A DNA stretch of 64,000 nucleotides from an uncultured Clostridia bacterium (GCA_947589475.1 CANQBO010000001.1:149136-213135); one strand, 5' to 3'. Counted from the first letter of the stretch, positions 9,268 to 18,101 are shown. Notes: generated by a model not told the origin, from the sequence alone. Numbers and translations: made by a program.

Positions 9268-10392
9268 ATGGCAAAGACATTGATATTCGGGGGAGCTTTC
9301 GATCCTCCTCACATAGAACACGTCGCCATGTGCAGGGCGGCGATGAAAGAGCTTGACATAGACAGGCTCGTCATCGTGCCGACATATCTCCCTCCGCACA
9401 AGAGCGCGGGAATGTTGTCCGTTGAAACGCGCGCGAAGCTCATCGCGGCGGCATTCGAGGATATGCGACCGGTTGTGGACTTCATAGAGCGGGAGCGCGG
9501 CGGAAACAACTATTCCGCGCTTGTTTTGCCCATACTCAAGGAAAAATACGGAGACATAATATATCTCGTCGGCGGAGATAGTCTGCAACATCTTAGCACG
9601 TGGTATAAGCCCGAAGAAGTGCTGAAGATATGTCCCATAGCCGTGTGCGGGCGCGAGGGGTATGAGGACGTCAAAGAGACAGCGCAAAGGGCGCAGAGCG
9701 AGTACGGCGGACGCATAATCCCGCTTGAATATATGGGCAGAGACGTCTCGTCGTCAATGCTCAGGGCGCGACTGCTCCTAGGCGAGGAGCCTGATACGTT
9801 GCCTAAAGCGGTTTTGGACATTATAGAGAATGAAGGGCTGTTCGAGCAGTACTTTCCGATGATAGAAAAACTTAGGGAATATCAAACGGATGAGTTGTTC
9901 GAGCACAGCAAGGCGGTCGTGAAGCGCGCGGTCGATTTCAACTCCAAACATGACCTCAAACAACCCTTTGAAAAGGTGTTTTTGGCGGCGCTTCTGCACG
10001 ACAATGCAAAACAGCGCCCGGCTCTCGACGGACTCAGCGTGCCAAAGGACGCTGTAGGCACTCCCGTTCTGCACCAATTTTTGGGCGCGGAAAAGGCGAG
10101 ACGGGATTTTGGGGTCACGGACGACGACATACTCGACGCGATACGTTACCATACGACGGCAAAGGCGGATATGACGGGGCTTGAAAAGTTGATATACACC
10201 GCGGACAGCCTCTCCGACGACAGAATGTACGCGCCTATCCCGGAGCTTAGGCGCCTCGCGATAGAGGACTTCGAGGCGGGATTTAAGGCGACGCTGAAGT
10301 TTACATACGACAAATTGCTCTCTAGGGGGAAGGGCATTTATCCGCTCACCGTCGAGGCATACGAATATTATATAATTCAAGGAAAAAAATAA
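9268..10392 (+). CDS. nadD: nicotinate-nucleotide adenylyltransferase fused to HD-domain YqeK-like hydrolase
   Basis: N-terminal nucleotidyltransferase (IFGGAFDPPHIEHV, ISSS-like VSSSMLR) continues in one frame into an HD domain (LLHDNAK...IRYHTT...TADSLSD). ATG 9268 was chosen over the longer track ORF. Confidence 0.85.
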   Translation: MAKTLIFGGAFDPPHIEHVAMCRAAMKELDIDRLVIVPTYLPPHKSAGMLSVETRAKLIAAAFEDMRPVVDFIERERGGNNYSALVLPILKEKYGDIIYLVGGDSLQHLSTWYKPEEVLKICPIAVCGREGYEDVKETAQRAQSEYGGRIIPLEYMGRDVSSSMLRARLLLGEEPDTLPKAVLDIIENEGLFEQYFPMIEKLREYQTDELFEHSKAVVKRAVDFNSKHDLKQPFEKVFLAALLHDNAKQRPALDGLSVPKDAVGTPVLHQFLGAEKARRDFGVTDDDILDAIRYHTTAKADMTGLEKLIYTADSLSDDRMYAPIPELRRLAIEDFEAGFKATLKFTYDKLLSRGKGIYPLTVEAYEYYIIQGKK

Positions 10393-10439
10393 AAACAGCG
10401 GCGGCGCTATTTGCGCCAAAGCGACTTTGGGAGGAAAAT

Positions 10440-10793
10440 ATGCAACCAATTGAACTCAAACAGATCATCTGCAAGGAGCTTGACGAACACAAGGCGGTGG
10501 ACATCACCGTGCTGTATGTCGAGCAGCTTACGGTCATGGCGGACTATTTTGTGATATGCACGGCGAAGAGCGCAAGGCAGGTGAACTCTCTCGCGGAGTT
10601 TGTCATCGAGAGGGTGGAGAAGGAGGGGATCCGCCCATTGCATACGGACGGACTCGGCGACGGCAAGTGGTGCGTGCTTGACTACGGCGGAGTGATAGTG
10701 CACATCTTCAACGACGAAACGCGCATGTTCTACTGCCTCGAAAAGCTGTGGTCCGATGGCGGGAATATCGAAAAATATCCAAATAAAAACTAA
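10440..10793 (+). CDS. rsfS: ribosome silencing factor RsfS
   Basis: VDITVLYVEQLTVMADYFVICTAKSARQV...WCVLDYGGVIVHIF is typical of RsfS/YqeL. Sits in the nadD-yqeK-rsfS order. Confidence 0.9.
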   Translation: MQPIELKQIICKELDEHKAVDITVLYVEQLTVMADYFVICTAKSARQVNSLAEFVIERVEKEGIRPLHTDGLGDGKWCVLDYGGVIVHIFNDETRMFYCLEKLWSDGGNIEKYPNKN

Positions 10794-10861
10794 AAGTATT
10801 CCAAATTATCCAAAATTCAAGAATACTTTATTCCGAAATTTTTAAATATGATTAAAAAATC

Positions 10862-10897
10862 AAGCAAATGCGCATGTTTTACGCATTTGCTTTTTTC
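10862..10897. terminator. bidirectional rho-independent terminator between convergent genes
   Basis: Perfect 11-bp stem AAGCAAATGCG/CGCATTTGCTT with an A-run upstream and T6 downstream. Confidence 0.8.
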
Positions 10898-10927
10898 ATA
10901 TGTGCTTTTTACGTTTTCGTTTCATAC

Positions 10928-11473
10928 TCAATGGCGTTGAGCCGTCTGATTTGCAGTCTGCTTCTCTCGCCTCAACTTCGCGATGTTGTAAAGTTCGATG
11001 ACGTCTTGAGCGGACATGTCGTCGTCTATCCTTCTGAAGATGTCGAGGTCAAAAGCAACGATTAAGTCGTCGCTTGAGATAAGTTCTTTGAGTTCGGCTT
11101 CCAGCGAGAGCATGGCTTTGTCGCGCTCGCTTTTTAGATAAAACGGCTTTGTGAGTACGGCGATGACTATGCATCCCTCCGCTTCCGCGACGCGCGCCGC
11201 CTGAACAAACTCTTTTTCATATACGCGGTTTATCGCCGTCTTTGCGCTGTCGCTTAGACCCGTAAGCGTTTGAGTCACATCCGTGCCGAAATACGGCAGT
11301 TTGAACATCTTTCCGTCCTCGTCGGGATACAGCGGCAAGGGCGTCGGCACGTCGATATTCGCATAGAGAATGTAGCGCTCGCTCTTATGCGCATACAGCG
11401 CGTCAAATTTGGCGCTTTCGACATAGCGCACTTCGCTTGTTTGATACATTTGTTGTATATAAGGCGTTTGCAT
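10928..11473 (-). CDS. hypothetical protein
   Basis: 181 codons from ATG 11473. The longer track form would run through the FMN riboswitch on the other strand. No family recognised. Confidence 0.5.
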   Translation of the reverse strand: MQTPYIQQMYQTSEVRYVESAKFDALYAHKSERYILYANIDVPTPLPLYPDEDGKMFKLPYFGTDVTQTLTGLSDSAKTAINRVYEKEFVQAARVAEAEGCIVIAVLTKPFYLKSERDKAMLSLEAELKELISSDDLIVAFDLDIFRRIDDDMSAQDVIELYNIAKLRREKQTANQTAQRH

Positions 11474-11548
11474 ATCCCTATTATGTTTCGGATTTTCAAA
11501 AATTTGCATAAATTGTTGACATGGCGTGCGGCAGGGTATAACATAATA

Positions 11549-11706
11549 TCTGCTTCGGGGCGAGGTGCAACTCCTCACCGGCGGTATAGTCCGCGAGCCG
11601 CAAGGCCGATCGGGTGAAATTCCCGAACCGACGGTATAGTCCGGATGATAGAAGCGGCATAAAAAATTCGTATTTGCCGTGACCCTCCCGAGCAGGAGGT
11701 TTTTTT
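11549..11706 (+). promoter_or_regulatory. FMN riboswitch (RFN element) with SD-sequestering hairpin and U-tract
   Basis: P1 is CUGCUUC...GAAGCGG. Conserved cores are CUUCGGGGCGAGGUG..ACCGGCGGUAUAGUCCGCGAGCC and GGUGAAAUUCCCGAACCGACGGUAUAGUCCGGAUGAUAGAAG. A CCUCC(11684-88)/GGAGG(11695-99) hairpin plus T7 then ends at ATG 11707. Confidence 0.9.
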
Positions 11707-13104
11707 ATGGAAAGCGAACAAATTTACGTATCGGACGAAGAGCGCTCGGCGGACCTCTCAACATATTGCGCGGACGTCGAAAATGACGAAGTTCAAACTT
11801 CGGGCGTCGCAAGCGCGGACGATTGGAATGATGACGTCAAGTGCGTCAAGCGCGATGAAAGCGCGGAGGAAGCTGCTCCCTCATACGACTGCGTAAAAGC
11901 GGTCGCGACAAATCAAAAGAGTGAAAAAAGCGAAGTTTCCACGCAGACGACTGAGAAAAAAACAGGCATTCTAAAGGCATTTTTCGCAAAACTCAAAGCG
12001 ACTTTGATAAAATTCAAAAGTCCGAGATTTTCCGCGGCATACGTGGCGAAAATGGCGGTCTTGACTGCGATTTCCTTTCTACTATACTATTTGGGACGAT
12101 TTGTCAAGTTGCCGTTTATGTTTCCGAGCTTCTTCGATATGCAGATCTCCGAGCTTCCCGCGCTTCTTGCGGGCTTCTCGCTGGGACCCGTCAGCGGATG
12201 TCTCGTCATTGTTTTCAAGTGTCTTTTGAAGTTGCCGCTTTCGTCTACGCTATACGTCGGCGAACTTACGGATATGTTGCTCGGAGTGATGTTTGTGTTG
12301 CCCGCCTCCCTCATATACAGACTGCGCCGCGACAAGGAGTCCTCAAAGAGCGGCATAAAGCACGCGCTCATCGGGCTTGCGGTAGGGAGCGTTCTGCTTA
12401 CGGGCGCGGCGATGCTGGTCAACGTCTATATTTCCGTGCCTTTTTATGTGGAGCTGTTCTTCCACGGCGATTTCGCAGGCATAGTCGGCATGCTCGGCTC
12501 GCTGTACAAGAATATAACGACGGAAACTTTCTACACCTATTATTTACTGCTCGGAGTGTTGCCTTTCAATCTTTTAAGATGTATAATAGTGTCTGCGCTC
12601 ACGTTCTTACTGTACAAGCGGCTGAGCGCGGCGTTGCATTGGGAGGGTACGAGCTTGCAGAAAAAAAATGCACTTCCGAACATTTCGGGCACCCACATCG
12701 TGCGCTCCGTCGAGGAGACATATAAACTTGCGGACAGCCTCGCGAGCGAGCTTGACGGCGGCGAGATCATACTGCTGGAGGGCGACCTCGGGGCGGGAAA
12801 GACGACGTTTACAAAGGGTCTTGCGAAGGCGCTCGGAGTGGAGGAGGAAGTCACAAGTCCGACATTCAGCCTGCTCAATGTCTATGAGAGCGGCAGGGTG
12901 AAACTCAACCATATCGACCTCTACCGCGTGGAAAGCGAGGAGGAACTTGCGGAGCTGGGAATAGCGGACAGCATTGACGGCGAGAGCGTCACGGTCATCG
13001 AGTGGAACAAGCTTTCGGGGTTGAAAGGGAAGATATACACCGTGAAGATAACTCTAGGCGAGGACGAAAATTCGCGCATATTCGACATCGGACTGTCGAT
13101 GTGA
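11707..13104 (+). CDS. fusion protein: acidic N-tail + RibU-like ECF S-component + TsaE ATPase
   Basis: Single 465-codon ORF. The membrane part resembles RibU (FDMQISELPALLAGFSLGPVSG; GVLPFNLLRCIIVSALTF). The C-terminal part is TsaE (ILLEGDLGAGKTTFTKGLA, TSPTFSLLNVY, HIDLYR). Confidence 0.8.
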   Translation: MESEQIYVSDEERSADLSTYCADVENDEVQTSGVASADDWNDDVKCVKRDESAEEAAPSYDCVKAVATNQKSEKSEVSTQTTEKKTGILKAFFAKLKATLIKFKSPRFSAAYVAKMAVLTAISFLLYYLGRFVKLPFMFPSFFDMQISELPALLAGFSLGPVSGCLVIVFKCLLKLPLSSTLYVGELTDMLLGVMFVLPASLIYRLRRDKESSKSGIKHALIGLAVGSVLLTGAAMLVNVYISVPFYVELFFHGDFAGIVGMLGSLYKNITTETFYTYYLLLGVLPFNLLRCIIVSALTFLLYKRLSAALHWEGTSLQKKNALPNISGTHIVRSVEETYKLADSLASELDGGEIILLEGDLGAGKTTFTKGLAKALGVEEEVTSPTFSLLNVYESGRVKLNHIDLYRVESEEELAELGIADSIDGESVTVIEWNKLSGLKGKIYTVKITLGEDENSRIFDIGLSM

Positions 13105-13167
13105 CGGCTTCGGACAGGTGAAATGCGGACGCGCATGGCGCGCTAAATCAAAATCGGAGACAAAATT

Positions 13168-13737
13168 ATGACATGCTTGGCGATGGATACGACCTCATCG
13201 AAGCTCGCGCTTGCTCTCATCAAAGGGGAGGATATGTTCTGCCTCTCACGCGAGGTGGGAAAGAGCGGACATTCCGCGTTGCTTCTGCCCGCGATAGACG
13301 AGCTGATGAAAGAAAACGGAGTGGCTCCCGAGACGCTCGACGCGGTGGCAGTCAATGTCGGTCCCGGCTCTTTTACGGGGATAAGGATCGGCGTTTCGAT
13401 GGCGACGTCGCTTGCGTTCGCGACGGGCGCGAAGAGGATAGCCGTCACATCCTTCGACATCATCGCGTACAATAGAGGGCGAATAATCGCGGCGGTGGAC
13501 GCTGGACACGGCAACGTCTATGCCGCCGAGTGCGACGGAGGCAAGACCCTAAGCACGCGATTTATCGAGGCGGACGGCGATGATACGGCGCTTGAAGGCG
13601 CTATATACGAACCTATCGGAGACGCGGCGCGCACGCTTGCGGCTGTGGTCATGAAAAAAGCGGAAAGAGGAGAGTTCTCCGCCGTTTTCGAGCCTTTTTA
13701 TATGCGCAGATCGCAGGCGGAGAGGGAGAAAGAATGA
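13168..13737 (+). CDS. tsaB: tRNA t6A biosynthesis protein TsaB
   Basis: MDTTSSKLALAL... and GPGSFTGIRIGVSMA, typical of TsaB/YeaZ. Follows tsaE. Confidence 0.9.
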   Translation: MTCLAMDTTSSKLALALIKGEDMFCLSREVGKSGHSALLLPAIDELMKENGVAPETLDAVAVNVGPGSFTGIRIGVSMATSLAFATGAKRIAVTSFDIIAYNRGRIIAAVDAGHGNVYAAECDGGKTLSTRFIEADGDDTALEGAIYEPIGDAARTLAAVVMKKAERGEFSAVFEPFYMRRSQAEREKE

Positions 13738-14186
13738 GATTCGAGCGACTAAAGAGCAAGTATATTCCCGAAGTCGCGGCGATAGAACGCGAGGCGATGG
13801 CGGAGCCGTGGAGCGAGAATATGATCGCTTCCGAACTCGAAAACCCGAATTCGACGATTGTCGTCGGGATAGAGGGGGAGCGCGTCATCTGTTACGGCGG
13901 ATTCAGGCGCACCCTCGACGAGGCGGATATACTCAATATCGCCGTCATAAAAGATTTGCGCGGACAAGGAATAGGAAAAGGGCTTATGGCTCGTCTCATA
14001 TCCGAAGCAATGGCGTGCGGCGTGAGAGTCCTCACGCTTGAGGTGAGCGAACAAAATACGGCGGCGATCGCCCTCTACGCGGGGTTCGGCTTTGAAAGAG
14101 CGGGAGTACGAAAGAGGTATTACAACAATAGCTTCGACGCGCTCATCATGAGGCTGAAGCTCGGGGAGGGAGTTGACAAGACCTGA
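13734..14186 (+). CDS. rimI: ribosomal-protein-alanine N-acetyltransferase (GNAT)
   Basis: GNAT acetyl-CoA motif LRGQGIGKGLM. Has a 4-nt overlap with tsaB, in the canonical tsaB-rimI order. Confidence 0.8.
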   Translation: MRFERLKSKYIPEVAAIEREAMAEPWSENMIASELENPNSTIVVGIEGERVICYGGFRRTLDEADILNIAVIKDLRGQGIGKGLMARLISEAMACGVRVLTLEVSEQNTAAIALYAGFGFERAGVRKRYYNNSFDALIMRLKLGEGVDKT

Positions 14187-14922
14187 ATTTGAGGACAAAA
14201 ATTTGTCTATAGGCGCCCGAAATGTGCACGTGATGTGCGCGGGAGCGGGCGAGGACGTAGTGTTTTTGCATGGCTGGGGCTCTTCTGCCTCCGCCTTTTT
14301 GTTTGTCGCGGGGAGGCTTGCGGACAAATTTCGAGTCACGCTGATCGATTTTGCGGGCTTTGGCGGAAGCGACCCTCCCGAGTATCCATACGGAGTGTCG
14401 GACTACGCGGCGGACGTGTTGAGCGTAATGGGAATCTTGGGAATTTGTCGCGCGCACTTTGTTGGGCACTCATTCGGCGGGCGGGTATGCCTCGAACTTG
14501 CCGCAAAGCACCCCGACGCGGTGAGGAGCATATCCCTCGTGGACAGCGCGGGACTTAAGCCGAGGCGTGGCCCGAGATACTATGTCAAAATTTCGCTCCA
14601 CAAGTTCCTTAAAAAGTTGGGATTTAAGGGACTTGCGGGTTCTGCGGACTACAGGGCGCTCTCTTTCGATATGCAAAACACTTTCAAAAAAGTGGTGAAT
14701 TACGACCAGACTCCTCTGCTTTGTCACATTTTGTGCCCGACCGCAATATTCTGGGGGAGAGACGACCGCGTGACTCCCATGTATATGGCGCGTAAGTTCA
14801 AAAAGGGGATAGCGGACAGCGCGCTGTTTATGCTTAAAGGCGGGCACTTCGCGTTTGCAGAGGACGGAGCGACGTTTTATGCGGTCTTGCGGGCGTTTTT
14901 GAGCGGACAGGAGGGCAGATGA
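14173..14922 (+). CDS. alpha/beta-fold hydrolase
   Basis: HGWGSS oxyanion region and nucleophile elbow VGHSFGG. TTG start follows a GGGGAGGGAG RBS. Overlaps both neighbouring genes. Confidence 0.75.
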   Translation: MTRPEFEDKNLSIGARNVHVMCAGAGEDVVFLHGWGSSASAFLFVAGRLADKFRVTLIDFAGFGGSDPPEYPYGVSDYAADVLSVMGILGICRAHFVGHSFGGRVCLELAAKHPDAVRSISLVDSAGLKPRRGPRYYVKISLHKFLKKLGFKGLAGSADYRALSFDMQNTFKKVVNYDQTPLLCHILCPTAIFWGRDDRVTPMYMARKFKKGIADSALFMLKGGHFAFAEDGATFYAVLRAFLSGQEGR

Positions 14923-16520
14923 CGCTGCTTAGAGGGGATTGGTTTTATGTGGTTATCGTGGCGCTGGACGCGTTTTTCATGACGCGACCGTATCTATACG
15001 TCATACAGCAGGACAACTATAGGGTGGGCGAGATCTTCAAGTCGCGCAGACTTGCCTTTGTGTACATATTCGACATCTGCGCGGTCTCCGTTTTCACGGC
15101 GATATGGCTTGCGTTCTACTTCTTTTCTTCGCGCGCGTTCTGGGGCTTTGCGACGGTGCTCTTCTTTTTCATCGCTGAATTCGCGATGTACTTTATGGAG
15201 GACATTCCAAAGCGCAAAAAACCGCTCAAATATACCAAGAGAGCGGTGAGATGTTTGCTGTTTGTGACAGCATTTACGACTGCCGCGGTGATATGCTTGT
15301 TTGGCGTCGCCACGGCAAGCCTCAAGCAGAGCTACTTGAGATACCTTGTGTTGTTCTGTTTTCCGCTCGCATATCCGGCGCTGTTCTGCATAGGGGCGAG
15401 CGTCATCAACGTACTCGAGAGGTTGAACAACGCGAGATACGCGCGGCGCGCACGCAAAACGCTTGCAAAGCGGGGTGATCTCATCAAGATCGCCGTCACG
15501 GGAAGCTATGGCAAGACGTCCGTCAAGAATTTCCTTAAGGCGATGCTCGAAAAAAAGTACAACGTGCTCGCCACGCCCGCAAGCTACAACACTCCTATGG
15601 GCATAGCCAAAACGGTAAGCTCGCTTGATGAAACATACGACGTGTTTATCGCGGAATTCGGCGCGAGAAGAGTGGGAGATATACGCAAGCTTATGAAAAT
15701 CGTGAGGCCGTCGCTGAGCATTTTGACGGGGATAAACGCGCAACATCTTGAGACCTTCGGCAGTGAAAATAATATCGCGCGCGAAAAATGTCGTATTTTG
15801 GAGGTGGGAGAGCGCGGGCTGTGCGTTGTGAATTCCAAAGTCAAGGATAAGGCGGAATTCGCCCTCGAAAAGCTGAAAAAGAGACCGAACGTCATATATG
15901 CGGGAGTGATGGGCGACGTGTGCGCGCGGGATATTGCGATGAGCGAGGACGGCTCGAGCTTCAAACTTGCGTTTGCGGGGGAGGAATATCTCGTGAGGAC
16001 ATCTCTCATAGGCAGACACAACATCGAAAACATCGCGCTTGCGGCGGCGATGGCGCACGCGCTCGGGGTCGAGGCGCCTTACATACTCGAGGCGATAGAG
16101 GAACTGGAGCCTGTGCCGCACAGGATGCAACTTATCAAGGGAGAGGGGATAACGATCATCGACGACAGCTTCAACTCAAATCCCGACGGCGCGGTCTGCG
16201 CACTGGATACGCTCGCGCTTTTCCCGTGTCGCAAAGTGGCGCTCACTCCGGGGCTTGTGGAGCTTGGAGGAAAGGAAAGGGAAGAGAATTATAAGCTGGG
16301 ACTTAAGATGGCGGAAGTAGTAGACCTTGCGCTTTTGGTCGGAGTCAAGCGCACGGATCCGATAAGGCGGGGACTCCTCGACGGAGGCTTCGGCGGGGAG
16401 ATACACATCTACGACTCGCTCGACGGCGCGCGCGAGGACTTTAAATGCAGACTGCTCGCGGGAGACGTGCTGTTGATTTTGAACGACCTTCCCGACATAT
16501 ATGACGACATCGGAAGATGA
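14919..16520 (+). CDS. murF: MurF-type UDP-MurNAc-tripeptide--D-Ala-D-Ala ligase with N-terminal multi-TM domain
   Basis: Mur ligase P-loop VTGSYGKTS, ASYNTPMGIAKT (compare MurF NLNNxIGVP), central and C-terminal domains (PHRMQL, IIDDSFNSNP, LVELGGKE). The first ~170 aa are 4-5 hydrophobic helices instead of the usual N-domain. Confidence 0.75.
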   Translation: MTLLRGDWFYVVIVALDAFFMTRPYLYVIQQDNYRVGEIFKSRRLAFVYIFDICAVSVFTAIWLAFYFFSSRAFWGFATVLFFFIAEFAMYFMEDIPKRKKPLKYTKRAVRCLLFVTAFTTAAVICLFGVATASLKQSYLRYLVLFCFPLAYPALFCIGASVINVLERLNNARYARRARKTLAKRGDLIKIAVTGSYGKTSVKNFLKAMLEKKYNVLATPASYNTPMGIAKTVSSLDETYDVFIAEFGARRVGDIRKLMKIVRPSLSILTGINAQHLETFGSENNIAREKCRILEVGERGLCVVNSKVKDKAEFALEKLKKRPNVIYAGVMGDVCARDIAMSEDGSSFKLAFAGEEYLVRTSLIGRHNIENIALAAAMAHALGVEAPYILEAIEELEPVPHRMQLIKGEGITIIDDSFNSNPDGAVCALDTLALFPCRKVALTPGLVELGGKEREENYKLGLKMAEVVDLALLVGVKRTDPIRRGLLDGGFGGEIHIYDSLDGAREDFKCRLLAGDVLLILNDLPDIYDDIGR

Positions 16521-16697
16521 GAATAAAAACGTCATGACTATTCTAAATTATTGCATTTTTTAAAATACTTTTGCAAAATTTTGCGTATTTTCAGACGGAT
16601 ATTGCGCGCAAATTTCATTTTTATATGTTGAACGATGTTGAAGAGTCGCATATGCACACTTGAGCGCGTTTCGACATAATTTGTGGGGAGGTGGCGT

Positions 16698-17804
16698 ATG
16701 AAAAAGAAAATAGCACTGTTTTTCGGAGGTAGGTCGCTAGAGAGCGACATTTCGGTCATCACCGCGTTGCAGACGCTGGGCGCGATCGATAAGTCCGCGT
16801 ATGAAGCGGAGCCTGTATATATGTACGGCGGCAAGATGTATGTCGGCGGAGTAAACAAAATATCCGCGTTTTCGCCTTTCAATGAAGGAGAACACACTGT
16901 CGTGCATCTTGTATCGGGCGGGCTTTACGAGGTGAAGCGAGGAAAACTCAAGCGCAGATTTGTGCCCGACGTCGCTCTCATTTGCTGTCACGGCGGAGAG
17001 GGCGAGGGTGGAGTGTTGCAGTCGATGCTCGAATACAACGGCATACGCTACACCTCGTGTTCGCCGCTTGCGTCCGCGCTGTTGCTGGATAAACTCGCCT
17101 CGAAGAGGATGTTTGAGAGTCTGCTTTTCAACGTACTTCCGTACAGGGACGCGACTCATAAGGACTATATAGAGAACGGCAGTGCGGTCATAGACTCGCT
17201 CGAGGAGCTGGAATATCCCATAATAGTCAAACCCGCGCGCCTCGGAAGCAGCATAGGAATACGCGCCGCGCACAACAGGGAAGAGCTTGAATACGCGCTG
17301 GACATAGCGTTCAGTTTTGACAAGGAAGTCGTCGCGGAGCATATGCTCACGGACTTTATAGAGGTGAATTGCGCCGCGTACAGGGACGGGGAGGACATTG
17401 TCGTGTCCGAGACGGAGCGTCCCATTTCATGCGGCGATTTTTTGAGTTTCGAGGACAAATATATGGCAAACGGCAAGATGGGCGGAGGAGAACACAGAAT
17501 ACCCGCGGGCATAGGACCTGCGGAGCTTATCGTCAAAGCCGCCACCGAGCGCGTATATAAAGAACTATGTCTTGACGGAGTCATAAGAGCGGATTTTCTT
17601 GTGGACGGAGACTCTAAGGTCTATCTCAACGAGATAAACACCGTCCCCGGCTCGCTTGCGACATATCTATTCAGGGACATTTCGCACACGGATATGCTGT
17701 CCGCGCTCATACGCAACGCCTCATTGAAACAGCCGAGCGCGCCTGCGTCCTTCAAAACGGACGTATTGTCGCGATTTTCGGGAGGAGGAAAGCTTGCAAA
17801 ATGA
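16698..17804 (+). CDS. ddl: D-alanine--D-alanine ligase
   Basis: KIALFFGGRSLESDISV, an ATP-grasp core (IIVKPARLGSSIGI) and the C-terminal LNEINTVPGS. GGGGAGGTGG RBS before ATG 16698. Confidence 0.9.
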   Translation: MKKKIALFFGGRSLESDISVITALQTLGAIDKSAYEAEPVYMYGGKMYVGGVNKISAFSPFNEGEHTVVHLVSGGLYEVKRGKLKRRFVPDVALICCHGGEGEGGVLQSMLEYNGIRYTSCSPLASALLLDKLASKRMFESLLFNVLPYRDATHKDYIENGSAVIDSLEELEYPIIVKPARLGSSIGIRAAHNREELEYALDIAFSFDKEVVAEHMLTDFIEVNCAAYRDGEDIVVSETERPISCGDFLSFEDKYMANGKMGGGEHRIPAGIGPAELIVKAATERVYKELCLDGVIRADFLVDGDSKVYLNEINTVPGSLATYLFRDISHTDMLSALIRNASLKQPSAPASFKTDVLSRFSGGGKLAK

Positions 17805-17972
17805 GCGCGCATGCTCCATTAAAGCAAAAAGGGCACGGCGCGCGCAACACGATGTATAAAATGCGAATAAAAATTTATAATTTTACTTAATGCCCGCGGC
17901 GCCGAAGGGAACTTCGATTGCATTATGCGCGCGTTTTACGGGAATTGATTATCTGCAAATCTAATCGGCTGT

Positions 17973-18015
17973 AATGTTTAAAATGTCAACCGAAAACGGT
18001 CGACATTTAAACATT
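17973..18015. terminator. imperfect 19-bp inverted repeat between convergent genes (possible terminator, no T-run)
   Basis: AATGTTTAAAATGTCAACCG ... CGGTCGACATTTAAACATT. Confidence 0.35.
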
Positions 18016-18101
18016 CCTTTAAGTTTCGGAATTTGCGGAAATGTATTTACAAAATTCAAATTCGATTGTATAATATTCAATAGTTACGAACATTGAAAAC
18101 A

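Noticed and set aside
10928-11578. Long form of the minus-strand hypothetical ORF reaching 11578.
   Set aside because: It would overlap the FMN riboswitch aptamer and its promoter. Internal ATGs at 11473 or 11509 are more plausible.
14994-16130. 378-aa minus-strand ORF.
   Set aside because: It is antisense to the murF-type ligase. The composition is Arg/His-rich and no motifs are present.
16665-16680. TTCGACA (0A-box reverse complement) 25 nt upstream of ddl.
   Set aside because: It is a single 7-mer expected several times by chance in 64 kb. There is no supporting context, unlike the spoIIGA site.
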